Origin: Octopus sinensis
Taxonomy: Eukaryota
Length of the DNA stretch: 40,301 nt
Direction of reading: 5' to 3'
NCBI RefSeq assembly: GCF_006345805.1
Contig: NW_021832464.1
Span: forward strand, 1 to 40,301
In this document: piece by piece, positions 10,951 through 23,152 of the stretch
Layout: every line of letters begins with the position of its first letter
Numbering within the stretch: the first letter of the stretch is position 1
Translations under genes and position numbers: made by a program
Notes under the pieces: model-generated
The model's database searches: none
Seen by the model: only the letters and a program-made list of their open reading frames with translations
Told to the model about the DNA's origin: nothing

Positions 10951-13589
10951 CCATTCCGATTGGCTTAAGCTGTTTTGCTTCGCCTCTTTCGGTCTCGGTT
11001 TTGCCCCATTAAGAGCCCGTGTGAAAACCTCCTCCATCTCGCTGGCTACAACCGTCAAACAAGAATTGGCCTTGTACGATAAGAACTTTTTTTCCATCCG
11101 GTGGCTGCGGGACCACCTCGCTAGCTCCGAATTTCCCTCTGGTTCACCATCCCATAATGTGTCCTCTCACGCGAATGACGTCGATTACCTCAACAGAAAG
11201 ATTAATAGTAAACTCTTGGACGGGGACGTTCGTGGTGCAGTTAGGCTGGTTGCCTCGACAAGTTCCCTTTTGCCCACGACCCCTGCTGTTTTGAATTCCC
11301 TCAGGGAAAAACATCCCCCTCAGCCAAACGACTTCAGGCCTCAGCCATCCCCTGACACCCTTGCTCTCAATCCTTTTGCTGTCTCGGAAACTCTTGTACT
11401 GAATGCCCTGAGGGACTTTTCACCTGGAAGCAGTGGTGGTGTAGATGGTCTGAGACAAGGTCATCTGAAAGACCTGACGTCTCCCACTACCGCCGAAGCT
11501 GGTCGAAAACTCCTACGCTCAATCACCAACCTGTGCAACCGCTTCATCTCCGGTTCCCTCCCCGATTTTGCTCGTGATATTTTCTTTTCCGCCAACCTTA
11601 CTGCCCTTGGGAAAAAGGATAAAGGCGTGAGGCCCATCGCCGTGGGCAATATTTTCCGGAGGCTCTCCGCTAAACTTCTGTGTCGAGCCATTGTTCCCTG
11701 TTTGTCCTCGAAGTTTCTGCCTGTCCAACTCGGGGTCGGCGTTCCTAACGGCTGCGAAGCTGCTGTCCACTCAATTCGTGACTTAACTGAATCATTTGAG
11801 GAGTTTATTATGGTCAAATTGGACGTTTCCAACGCATTCAATTCCATCAGGCGGGACCACCTTCTGGAGTGCTGTCGTGAATTAGTCTCTTTCGCCTATC
11901 CCCTTGTGCATCTCTCTTATGCTTGCTCAAGTATCCTTATGTTCAACGATATACCTATTTCTTCGGCCACCGGGGTCCAACAGGGAGATCCCCTGGGTCC
12001 TGTCCTTTTTGCCTTGGGCGTTAACAGTATCGCTCATTCTGTTCGATCCCCAGTTAACATATGGTATCTGGATGACGCAACCATTTGCGGTCCCCCCGAT
12101 GCTGTTTTTGACGACCTTCGTTCTATCCTCCCTTCCCTCTCGGACATCGGCCTATCTATAAACGCCGATAAATCCGAAATCGTGAACATTGCCTTAAATC
12201 CGAGTGACTTCACTGCTTCAATTTCCACGTGCCGAGGCATTCTCTCAGATGTCCGGATTACGGACAAATCAAATCTTACGATCCTCGGTGCCCCCATGGG
12301 GCCTTCTGCCCTCGAATGCTCACTCGCTGGAAAAATTTCCCACTTATCCAAAATGATCGACAAGCTTAAAGTCATAGAGCCTCATGTGGCTCTTTTCCTC
12401 CTCCGAAACCACTTTTCCGTCCCTAAGATCCTTTACACCCTAAGATGCGCACCCTGCTTTCAAAGAGGCGACCTTCTTTCCGACCTTGACAATATCCTCA
12501 GGCTCGGTACGAGCTCTCTTTGCAATCTGGCTTTCGACGATCCAGGCTGGACTCAGGCATCCCTGCCTGTGCGCTGGGGCGCCCTTGGCTTGAGATCCTA
12601 TTCCGATCTTGCCCTCCCGGCATTCCTATCCGCTCATCACGCTTCTCGTACTCTCTCAGACATCATTCTTAGAAACCTCCCCGAACGGAAATTGTCTGAA
12701 GTTTACTCTGCAGCCCGTGGTCGGTGGGAGGCTCGGTTTGGTTCGAAGCTGCCCAATTCTCAATTTTCACAGCGTCAATGGGACGAAATCTCTTGTCAGG
12801 CAATCTTCGAAGGCCTGCTTCCTGTCTCCAATCAACACCGTGTCGCTTGCCTCCGTGCAGGTCGCTGTGAAGGCAGCGGTGTCTGGTTAAAGGCTCTCCC
12901 TCTCCCTTCCATCGGGAACCTGTTGGACAAGGATTGCCTAAGAATTGCAATCTCCCTCCGTGTCGGGCTGAAAATCTGCCAGACGCACAAATGCCGTTGT
13001 GGGGGAACTGTTGACGAGTACGGTTTGCATCCCCTCGCTTGCCGGCGGAGTGCAGGTCGTGCCCCCCGTCACAGTGAACTCAACTCAGTCATACAGAGAG
13101 CCCTCGCTTCAGCAGGCATCCCGTCAATCCTTGAACCTGTTGGATTGGATAGAGGGGATGGCAAACGCCATGACGGCATGTCCACCTTCCCCTACGAGCA
13201 GGGGAAATCCCTTATTTGGGATTCTACCTGCTCGGACACGTTCTCGCTGGGAAATCTCGCTCTGTCCGCCGCCAATCCTGGGCACGCTTCCAGGCAGGCC
13301 GAGGAGCGAAAGATTCTCAAGTACGGCCACCTCTCCAACTCGCTGCTCTTTACTCCAATTTCTGTGGAGTCCTCCGGGATCTTCGGTCCCAAGACACTCC
13401 GCTTCCTTCGCTCGCTCGGTCGACGGATTACAAGGACTAGTCACGATCCAAGAGAGTTTTCTTGGCTCCTGGAACGTCTGTCGATTGCTGTGATCCGAGG
13501 GAACGGCTTCGCCATTCGCGAGGCTGGTCGGGTGTCTCGTGAGGCCTTTAATTAACTTAGCTATCTTTAATTTCTTTCTTGCTTTCATA
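10951..13589 (+). mobile_element. CRE-clade non-LTR retrotransposon (RT plus restriction-like endonuclease), 5'-truncated with an open ORF
   Basis: ORF 11021-13555 stays open upstream to the 5' junction. RT motifs RPIAVG, QLGVG, KLDVSNAFNS, GVQQGDPLGP, WYLDD; C-terminal CxC..H..C..RH, KRHDG..WD.T..EERKILKY..SIAVIRGN. 10-bp TSD ACCGACAAAG at 10941-10950 and 13590-13599. Confidence 0.93.
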
Positions 13590-13739
13590 ACCGACAAAGT
13601 ATGATTTATATAGCCATAAAAATATATGCCCGTGAATATGATCTGATAACTTTTTATTTTTATGTATTAATACAGTTTTAAGTGTTCGTTTATATGGCAC
13701 TCAAATTTATTGTAATATAACGAGAAATAATATGTAATG

Positions 13740-14300
13740 TTATCATTTTTTAGTTTCTATCCTTCTCCAGCATTTTCTAAAGCATAAAAAACTTCATTCA
13801 ATCGAAATAGTTATAGCTGGACATTTCCATAACATTGAACAAATTTCTGGAAAACAATTAGCAATCGTTGCACCATGGATTTCTTTTAATCGATTTTTAA
13901 AATTTGGGTTTGATCAACATTCAAAAATATTTTTCAAATTTAAAATAAGATTTTTGATCCGTTCAACATTTACAAGATATTGACAATGTGTTTCCGATGG
14001 AACAGAATGATTATGAAAAATTTTATAAAGAGGGATATTCACATCCGTCATCATCGAAACTAATTTAAAACAAAAATCATTTGGAATTGCAATCAATTTC
14101 GATTGACGAAGTCGTGTGTTTTACTTTTTTATTATGCATTTCAGTCTGTCTGTGTTGATTCACGTTAAAATTTTTCGAAAAGTTTGCGAGAACACAACAG
14201 AACTTACAATTAAGTTCACCATTAGTACTTCTCTCAAATTCTAGTGGATATTTATTTAATATATCACGAGCCGAAAACGCGACCGAGCCCAGCAAGCGAC
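13740..14300 (-). mobile_element. Internally deleted CGGBP1-like (hAT-related) transposase remnant
   Basis: KYPLEFERSTNGELNCKFCCVLANFSKNFNVNQHRQTEMH (zinc finger), DVNIPLYKI..PSETH, and C-terminal CPAITISIE*SF. A possible element end TAGGGCAACCGCAAATATG lies at 10894, on the other side of the CRE insertion. Confidence 0.5.
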
Positions 14301-14699
14301 TTTGACACATGTCATGCCTGAGATTTATCCTCAATAGTGAGGAGGTCGATTCTTCCAGACATAAGAAGCATAAAATTTTCATTTAAAAAAGTATGTGAAG
14401 AATTTTGTATTTGAGAAGTACATGGAAGACCACAAAGCTATCAGTAAGACATGGGCACATAAGTGCTTAAGTTTTTCCTTGTCTCAGCCACAGAATTTTT
14501 GAGATCAAGCAAGACCAGGAAAGTTAATTATTTTTAATTAATTCCGAGATAGGAAGTCCATTAGTTACTCTTGTCTTGTAGTTTCTTTTAATTGTAGTGC
14601 GACCGAATTTTTAAAAAGTACAGTAAAGTCTTTCATAATCGCCACTCTTGGATAATTGTCACAAAAATGTATTTTAAATGGAAAAATTCTGATGTCTTT

Positions 14700-15330
14700 C
14701 AGAAGATGAACATGTTGATAAGCTAAAAAATGTTACTAAAAAGAATACTATCAAACTTTGTGTAGTCTGATAACTAGAGATGGTGGTTGTGTCTCGAAAT
14801 TTACGGATCGCCATATGCAGAAATACAATGATGAAACTGAACCGGATATGGATTAGCAAGGATATCTGTTCTAAGACATAGATAAGACTTGTCAACGCGA
14901 TTGTGTTTCTAGTCTTTCTCTATGGTTGTGAATCGTGGACATTGTCCAAAGCAGACAACATACAATTGGATTCATTAGAATTGTGGCGGTGACGTAAACT
15001 TTTGAAAATAAATTGGTACGACAAAGTATCGAATGATAAAGCTCTTGTAAAAATTAAACCATCATTGCCACTTGTGGCAAAAATATGGAAACAACAATTA
15101 TCATACTTGGGACACGTACTTCGGAGTGATGATATAGAAAAGAAAATCTTTTTATCTGTGTTTACTGGAAAGAGGATACATGGAAGACCAAAATTAAGTT
15201 GGACATCACAAGTCGTCGAAATAGCCGGACATCGTTACTTGGAGATTGAAGAGCTGGTTAAGAACTGGTGGATGAATTTGATCAATAAAATCGTCAATGG
15301 CCGGAATCGGCTGAATATGACTTAATTTAA
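14700..15330 (+). mobile_element. RTE-clade LINE 3' fragment
   Basis: RLVNAIVFLVFLYGCESWTLSK..ELWR*RKLLKINWYDKVSN..LSYLGHVLR..GKRIHGRPKLSW. Confidence 0.85.
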
Positions 15331-15873
15331 CTAATCAAGCTTTACAAATAATTAAAAATTTTTTAATCAATCCGAAAATATTGACGTTAATAAGGCTATT
15401 GGGTCAAATGAAATAAGTAAGGCCATAAAAAACTACATAGTTTGAATATTTTTGTGGATTCTGTTATCCGTTATTTTCTAATAATTGCCACATTTTTAAA
15501 AGTTCCATTTTTGTGGATATGAGAGAGTTTACTCTAATATTTTGAATACATAGATTTTTCATCCTATAAAACATTTGATAGAAACGTAGACGTCATATAT
15601 AAGCTATAAATAAGTCATTTAAATCGATTAAACATAACTCTAGCGCACTAACAAATTTATTTCTAATAAAAATTATGCTAAAATTATAAATTGCATATTA
15701 GTTGGATTCAAATTAGGGTTGTCGTCAAACCCCCTAATAAAATTTTTAATCACGCCTCAAGTTAAAAAGAAGAAAAAATCTAAAACCAATAAAAATTAGA
15801 ATTTATCTTGTGAAAATATACATTTATAAAATCAATAAACACTTTCGTCTCTGTTTTATTAAAAATAAAAATA

Positions 15874-17094
15874 TTATTTTTTCTTTTTTCGGAACCAGCA
15901 ACAAAATCTAATTCGAATTAAAAAACAAATAAACTTTGACTTTGGTTTAGAAAATACAGAATTCTAAAAAATATTACAAAATATTAACCGGAGTAGGAAT
16001 ATTTCTGACAAACGAGGAATCACGTTTGTGAGTATCAACACAGACCACCCAATCACCCTCACACTCTTCTGAATATCCAGACAAAACTTCCGACATCAAA
16101 CCAGATAAATAAGCATAATCAGGTGCCTCCTCAAATTTAAGGGACCGAGAATATGATAAAAATATGCCGAATTGTCCTTTAAATCATAATTGGTAAAATA
16201 ACCAGGCAATCCTTTGCAAAGTGCTTTAACTGTTGTGGCATTTTTTTTCTCCCCGATTTTTTGATACCGTTCTTTGACTGTGTCTGCCTGAAGTCCCTGC
16301 CAAGGCAGACATCCAATCAAAAAATAAAAGAACATATGGCCCATAGCTTCCAGGTCATCTCTTCTGCTCTGTTCTAGGAAAATAAGTAAATATAAAAACC
16401 CATCCCCTTGTGAGTATTTATGCTCATATATCGTGCAGTCCCCGTCAAGTGCCGTTGTTCGCAGAATGGAATATGGACGCCCGTTTTAGTGTCACGGTAT
16501 TCCTTCGATAAGCCAAAGTCGACAATATGCAAAACATTCGACCGGTCGTTAGGTCCAAGAAGAAAATTGTCAGGCTTCACGTCTCTGTAAACTATTCCTT
16601 TAGAGTGGACATATGAAATTAGTTTAATCTAGAAAATAAATTCAATAAATACTAATTGCTTTGCGATCAATGCAACTTTCTTTGCTGGAAATATTCTTCC
16701 ACACGTGTCAAAGTGACTTTCCAGGCTCGGACCAAGTAGATCAAGGACTAAGACATTATGAGTGCCATGCAGTCCAAAAAAATAAGCATCTGGTATTCCT
16801 TCTATTTTAATCGTCTTTAGCAAGGTCAACCTTGAGGACAGAGCATTTTGTAATACTGGTACTCCAAATGTAATTGAGGAGACCGAGCTTTGGTGCTTTC
16901 CTAAATAAATTATAATACTGACGAGAAACTAATTTTATTGCGTAGTTCTTGCCTGTAATTATATTTCTGCCTATGTGTAATAAAATCAACTAATGATAAC
17001 AAAGTCTAATTTCGCCAAAGTTCCCTGCACCGAGTCGTTGACGCAGCTCATACTTTCCGTCGATATATCCTAGATTGACAGATGACTTGGACAT
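15874..17094 (-). CDS. CSNK1G: Casein kinase I gamma (gilgamesh-type)
   Basis: Hand-spliced with introns of 30, 29, 29, 24, 26, 26, 25 and 27 nt. Motifs [104 protein letters not shown]; C-terminal CCWFRKKKK palmitoylation-type tail typical of CK1 gamma. Confidence 0.93.
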
Positions 17095-17439
17095 CAGAAT
17101 CCCCCGAGTTGATTGAACGATACAAACCGTCTATTATAAGCAATGGGATTGATCATTCAAGAATAGAAAAATCAATAATTCGTTAATTTGTCGATAAAAT
17201 TTATTAATTATAACAAGACAGCGAAAAATAAATAAGGACAAGGAAATACCAAATAACAACTAAGAGGAATAATCTGGATAAATAATTTATCATTATTGAA
17301 CAAAAATATTGATTAAATAATAAATCTAAATAAATAAAACAAGTCGATGGGCTAATTAAAACAAAGAAGTAGAATTTAGATTACAATGTTGATATAGAAT
17401 CAGACGAAAATAAAGAACATTAAGAAATTTTTTAAGATT

Positions 17440-18120
17440 TGAGATTTTCCAACCCGTAACCGAATCTTCTATGGACTCAAAGTCAGTCTCCGCAGAAAGC
17501 CGCTGGCTTGGGCTGTCTTTTGAGCTTCCACAGAATACACACGCACAGGACGAATGGGACAGGATCCTCTCTGACCAGAAACTGAACAACCTCAAGCATA
17601 AGCTCAATCAACACCCATTGGCTTGTTTATTGGCTGCCTCACAACCATATTCGGGGGTTTGGTTGACCGCCATCCCAATGGGATCGATTGGAACCTTATT
17701 GGATGATGATTGCCTGAGGATGGGCGTCTCATTGCGCCTGGGGCTAAACGTATTCCAAGAACACCGGTGCCGCTGCGGATCGACTGTTGACCCCTTTGGA
17801 TTGCACCTATTATCGTGCCAGAGAAGCTCCGGACGCCTCTCCCGACATACTGTCCTAAACGACATAGTCAAGCGGACTCTTGAAACAGCCGGATTCCCAT
17901 CACAGTTGGAACCGGCTTTATCGCACCGTCATATCTTTGCTACGATCGCAGTGGAGACTTTGGGAGTCCTCGCTCCCAGAACCAAAAAATTCCTTATTAA
18001 ACTGGGGGACCTGGCAAGCAGAAGGAGAAACGATTATCGAGAACGGACATGGCTTTTCTAACGCATATCAATAGCCATCTTGGGTTTTTGGGAATTGCCA
18101 TTCCATCTTATCCTCTGCTG
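17440..18120 (+). mobile_element. CRE-clade fragment with internal deletion of the RLE core
   Basis: SGVWLTAIPMGSIGTLLDDDCLRMGVSLRLG..HRCRCG..HLLSCQRSSGRLSRH..LEP joined directly to IFATIAVETLG, so the RPDG segment is missing. Confidence 0.88.
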
Positions 18121-18234
18121 CTAATTAAATATTTATTAGTAACCTTGTATATTCCAATACTTTGTGTCTTTACATAGATTTAAGTAATTTTTCCAACATG
18201 TTTTTTTCTAAACAAGAATTTAATATCAAAAAGT

Positions 18235-18490
18235 TAACAAAGCCATCTATCCAAAGTGGATGCTGCCAACATTATTGACGTTGCGTTGCCTCTCACGATA
18301 GCAACAGAAATCAACTGGAGAAGCCACCGGGTCTTACGTTTGTCGTGGCTTTTTAAAGTGGGTAAGCGTCAAAGCTTCTTTAGGAAGCGAAGCGATTTCT
18401 CACTTATTCATCCAGTTGTCTCGACCACAATCGGTCTCTCAGCGCTTCATATTTTCTTTTCTTTGCCATCATCGTTTTTTCCGAGAAATG
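18235..18490 (-). mobile_element. CRE-clade 3' fragment
   Basis: KI*..PIVVETTG*ISEKSLRFLKKL..RWLLQLISVAIVRGNATSIM on the minus strand. Confidence 0.7.
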
Positions 18491-19461
18491 TATATTTTTC
18501 TTTATAAATATTAAATTATCAAGTTTTAAAGAGATTTGTTAAACTTTTTAGAATACAATAAATCTAATTTTATTTAAAAACGTTTATTAAAAATTAAGTT
18601 CTAAATAATTAAAGTAAACGAAATAAAACATTACCTTTCTATAATATAAACAATCGTTCCATATATTGGAAATTATTATATATGGTTGTCCTTTAGAGTA
18701 TTTTGCATTGTGCCATCCAGCCCCGCAAGCGATAAGCTAAGCAAATTCATGCTTCAGTATCTAACGTCGTACGGAGAATTGTCAAGTGCAGACCGCGCAC
18801 GGAGGACCACTCTGAGCGTGAAAGTGAAGATCATCCTCAACGAAAGGAAGCGGCTGAGAAATAAATTTAAACGCTGTGTGGACCCAGCTGACAGGGGAAG
18901 ACTTAGGAACATGATCTCGGAAATTGGTTATAAGGTCCACGTCGCGACAAAGCTGGAAGCAGCCAGGAAAGCTTGTCAAAACCTGGACTACAGAAACCCA
19001 AATTTCTGGGACTGTTTCCACAAAGTGGCTAACCTCGAAGGAAAATCCTCACCCCCGAGGTTGTGCAACCAGTCTGGTATGCCCGCCTCGCCACAAGAGA
19101 TGCCAAACATATTTGCAGAACACCTGGCCACTATCCAGGAGGCCAATCCGGAAACGTCGCAAAACCGGGAGTCGGAGCCACTGCCGCGCCCACTGTCGCC
19201 GGACCATCACCCGATCACCATTGCAGAGGTGACCTGGGCCATCCGTTCGTCAAAAGGCAACGCACCGGGCCATGACAAAATACCGATGCGATTGTTTAAG
19301 GAAGCACCCGAAGACCTACATGTGTTCCTCGCGGATCTGTTTACGGCAAGTCTCAAATGGGGCCATGTGCCGGAAAAATGGAAAATCTCAGAGGTCCGGA
19401 TGATCAAAAAGCCTGCGAACCGGTGAATCTCGCTAGCAGCTACCGTCCCATAAGCCTAATC

Positions 19462-19735
19462 CAGCGGTTCTCAACCGTGGTCCCCGGGGACCACTAGTGG
19501 TCCCCAGAAAATTTTTAGTGGTCCCCAGGAATTTTCGAAAAATAAAAATATATTAAAGTTAAAACTAATTGTACAATTAAGTATAAATCAAAAACATTGA
19601 AATTAATCAAGCGGTTTTCAATCGTGGTCCCCAGAAAATTTTTAGTGGTCCCCAGGAATTTTCGCAAAATAACAATATATTAAATTTAAAACTAATTGTA
19701 CAATTAAGTATAAATCAAAAACATTGAAATTAATC
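19462..19735 (+). repeat. Tandem duplication of the hAT left end (147 + 127 bp) with GTGGTCCCC subterminal repeats
   Basis: Second unit starts at about 19609 with a degenerate TIR (AAGCGGTTTTCAATCG). Perfect 20-bp palindrome GGGGACCACTAGTGGTCCCC at 19486-19505. Confidence 0.9.
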
Positions 19736-20563
19736 TGATTTGATTAGCGTGGTTTATCATTCTAGTTATGGTTAACAAGAATCGTCGTCTTTGGTCGGAT
19801 TCTTACGTACAATTTGGATTCACTAAATTCATTGCCCCAAATAATGAAATAAAGGCAAAATGCATGATTTGCCATAAAATTTTGGGAAACAATTCACTGA
19901 AACCTTCTCAACTTAGGCGCCACAAAGAGTCTGTACACCCAGAAAATTCCTGTTGAAGACCCAATTCCAAACTGGATCGTTCAACCTTTCTTGACCTCAT
20001 TTAAAGAATATCAGGAACTCAATTTTCAGCAGAGCTTGATTGAACTTCAATGTAATCAGTCTGCTCAGATTATTTTCAAATGTACTTCATTATTAGATTT
20101 TTGGTATTCTCATTAATAATTACTTTTTATTGTTAGGTGTCAGATGGCGAAAGAATTCCCCATTTTGAGTAAAACTGCATTGGAATCAATACTTGCATTC
20201 CCCACTACTTATCACTGTGAATGGCGATGTCGTGTCTGACTTTTCTAAAAACAAAATATAGAAATAGACTACGGGTACAAGATGATATGCGAGTAGCTTT
20301 GTCGAACATAGAGCCTGATATAAGTAAAATTATTCTGAGCAAACAAGATCAGAAATCTCACTAAATTACTATTAAATTTTCTGTTATTTTCATAATGTTC
20401 ATGTTATTTTTATAATAAATATTCGAACATGTCTAAACCTGGCCCTGGCGAGGCCAAAAATTGTGCGCTAATACCAAAAAATGTTTATTTTATTTAAGGT
20501 GGTCCCCACAAAATTTTATAGTGCAAAAGTGGTCCCCAGTCTAAAAAAGGTTGAGAACCGCTG
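19462..20563 (+). mobile_element. Non-autonomous hAT (Buster/Charlie-type) internal-deletion element, 1102 bp
   Basis: 15-bp TIRs CAGCGGTTCTCAACC / GGTTGAGAACCGCTG; 8-bp TSD GCCTAATC (19454-19461, 20564-20571; nnnTAnnn). Retains the BED finger (19768-19956) and the C-terminal dimerisation region (FWCQMAKEFPILSKTALESILAFPTTYHCE..KTKYRNRL..DDMRVALS). Confidence 0.95.
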
Positions 20564-21714
20564 GCCTAATCCCAACTATCTCAAGGCTGATGGAGAAGAC
20601 TTCCACGCCGAAGAGAAGAAAGTGCTGCTCCCGCAGCAATGGGGTTTTCGCTCTGGACGTAGCTGCGGTGACTGTTTCATTACGGTACAGTCCACCATCT
20701 CGAGAGCAACGGAGTTTAAAGAAACTTTATCTCTTGTATGTCTGGACATCTCAAAGGCTTTTGACAGCGTCTGGCACAGAGACCTCCTGGAAAGGATCGA
20801 ACTCTGTGAGCCAACAGCGGAAGTCTTCCTCTGGATGCGCTGCTTCCTCTCAAATCGCTACTCTTTTATCTCTGAGTCGGGCTTCTTCTCAAGATATATT
20901 TCGCTCCGAAGGGGGGTTCCGCAGGGGTCCTGTCTCAGCCCAATCTTTTTCAATTTGGTAATGAGCAGTTTCCCCACACCCTCCGATCCCAGGACATCCC
21001 TACTCCTCTACGCGGACGATGTTCTCGTTCTGGACACCTCGATGGACACCAATGCCTCGGAGAAACGACTTGCCGGCTACATTGAGGAGATAAAGAATTG
21101 GTGCATTGGTAAGCGACTCTCGCTGGCCATGGACAAATCTGCATATCTCCAAATTAACCCAAGAAAGTCGCAAGATCGCAAACCCGGCTCTTTGGTGGAA
21201 ATTGCTCGCCCTGAGAGCATACGTTACCTGGGGCTCACAATCGACGCAAACTCGAGATACCATTTGCATTTCAAACGGAGAAAAGGGAAAGCCATCGCCG
21301 CTCTCCGACTCCTAAGAAGCATGCACTTGAATCCAAATACCTTCCTATTTGTATACCATGCAACAATCTTGCCTAGCCTACTGTATGGTATGGAAGCTTG
21401 GTTCTACTCGAAACAATATGAGAAAATTCTGCGAAAATGCGAAAAAATACGGAGATACGCTCTAAAACTAGCCTATATGCTAAATCCATGGGAGCCTGTC
21501 CCAAGCTGGGCGGAGAGCAAGTCTCCAGAGCTACGGCAGGCCATCGAGGCTTCTATCCGAACTTTTCGGAAACGCTCTAAAGTAACTGACCTATTCATCG
21601 ATCGTGGAGAATAGCAGGTGTCCCTGCTCATAGACAGACAAAGCGGACGAACCATGGAAGAGCTCGAATGCCCAAAGCAATCGAATGCCCATTTTTTAAT
21701 TCATAACGCATTTT

Positions 21715-22100
21715 TGCTGAAATGCATCTTGTGCCGACAAAGTGAGACGTTTTTTCTGACACAAATCACTGAATGTTTTAATGTTCCAAGTTTTTCAGTC
21801 TGCTGGTGTCTTTTCGATTCTCCTATCAATTGCTCACTACCCTGGCGATGAGAAAATCCCAAGCGAATGACAATCTTGCTATTTTTTGAAGGCAAGTCAT
21901 TTGTCTATGATGCGACATTTATAAATCCGTTCTTGTTTTCGAATATCATCGAGTCCACATGGCACGTTACAAACAAGGCAAACTGTGCAAAGAAAAAAGG
22001 ACAAAATACTATCACACTGTCACATTTGCGCCCTGGTTACAGGCTTTTTAAAACAAGACATTGGAAAACTCTAAAAATGCCTCAAATTTTAAGTTGTCAA
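21715..22100 (+). mobile_element. Highly degenerate CRE-clade RLE fragment
   Basis: CRQS..HKSLNVLM..QSAGVFSIL..GDEK..FEGKSFVYDATFINPF, collinear with 13030-13260. Confidence 0.55.
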
Positions 22101-22509
22101 TGAAACTTAAAATATGCACAATCTTACATTTCCTCAACCACAGGTGTCAAATAAAGACCATTTCGCCTCAAATGCCTATAACTTGACGTTTTACTGATCC
22201 AGCGAGTTCTTGAAATCACACGTTCTTTAGTCCAGCACCTCGTCAGTCGAAAAGTCCAACCTCTGTTCATGCCGACTTGCCCTTGACCATATTGATCACA
22301 TTATAAATTTGCCCAGTCAGCGCTTCCAACTCGGCGTTTCTTCCGGCCACCTTCGCGGCAATGTTTTCCAACTACTCTTTAGCATAGATTTATTTGTGAT
22401 TTTTTCATAGGTTTTCTGTGCAGAGTAGAAATAGAGATGGAATTTTCAACACTTTCCAGAACCTCTTCCAACACTTGGGAAAGAGCGGATTTAACCCAGT
22501 CCTCAAAAG

Positions 22510-22995
22510 CAGAGACATTTGCTTAAGGACCAAATGCAGACTGTCAATGCAATCTTTTTCCTGGTTTTTCTATACGGCGCTGAAACATGGATAGTAGAAA
22601 ATCAGTATAGACAAAAAATTAATGATTTTGAATTTTGGTCCTGAAGAAGGTTACTGAGAATCTCTTGGACGTAAAAAATAACGAACATCAATATATTCAA
22701 ACTGGTAACCACAGACATTTTGCTTGAAGGAAAAATTGTAAAACACAGATTGGCGTTCTTTGGACATGTCGCCTGCTCTGATTCATTGGAAAGAACTATT
22801 ATGCTGAGCAATATTGCTGGGAAAATAAGTCCCGGTCCACCAAGGACTCAATGTCTATAAACGGTAGAAGATGTCACGGGATCGGCTTTATCAAGGCTTT
22901 TCGAAATTGCGAATGACCAAGAGGGGTGGAAAAAATTGGCTTATACGATCTCCAATAGTCGGAAACGATCTAAGTAACCTAACCTAAATTCTGAT
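22510..22995 (+). mobile_element. RTE-clade LINE 3' fragment with AACCT tail
   Basis: FLYGAETWIV..EFWS*RRLLRISWT..RLAFFGHV..GKISPGPPRTQ..DQEGWKKL..SRKRSK*, followed by AACCTAACCT. Confidence 0.8.
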
Positions 22996-23152
22996 TAATT
23001 TTAATAATGCAATCTTTTAATTTTACATTTTTATAATTAATGGAGATGCAAATAATCTCATTGAATTTGCATTTTCTTTAAAGCTCTGTCAGGTTAAATT
23101 AAATACTAAAAACCTGAAATCTTGCATCAAATTGCGAACTTAAATCTTTAAT

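Larger units (their letters stand above)
18686..21700 (+). mobile_element. Jockey/I-group LINE (pre-RT plus RT), frameshifted and split by a hAT insertion
   Basis: KGNAPGHDKIP..WKISEVRMIKKP..SSYRPISLI | PTISRLMEK..QWGFRSGRSC..DISKAFDSVWH..GVPQGSCLSPIFF..YADD..RYLG. The halves rejoin exactly across the GCCTAATC TSD. Confidence 0.9.

Noticed and set aside
11461-13597. Numerous overlapping and antisense ORFs inside the CRE element (similar ones inside the Jockey LINE and the SINE ORF 3979-4383)
   Set aside because: Shadow frames of GC-rich TE sequence with no recognisable motifs.
22130-22500. GC-elevated segment suggesting a Tc1-like or LINE remnant
   Set aside because: No diagnostic motif in any frame.
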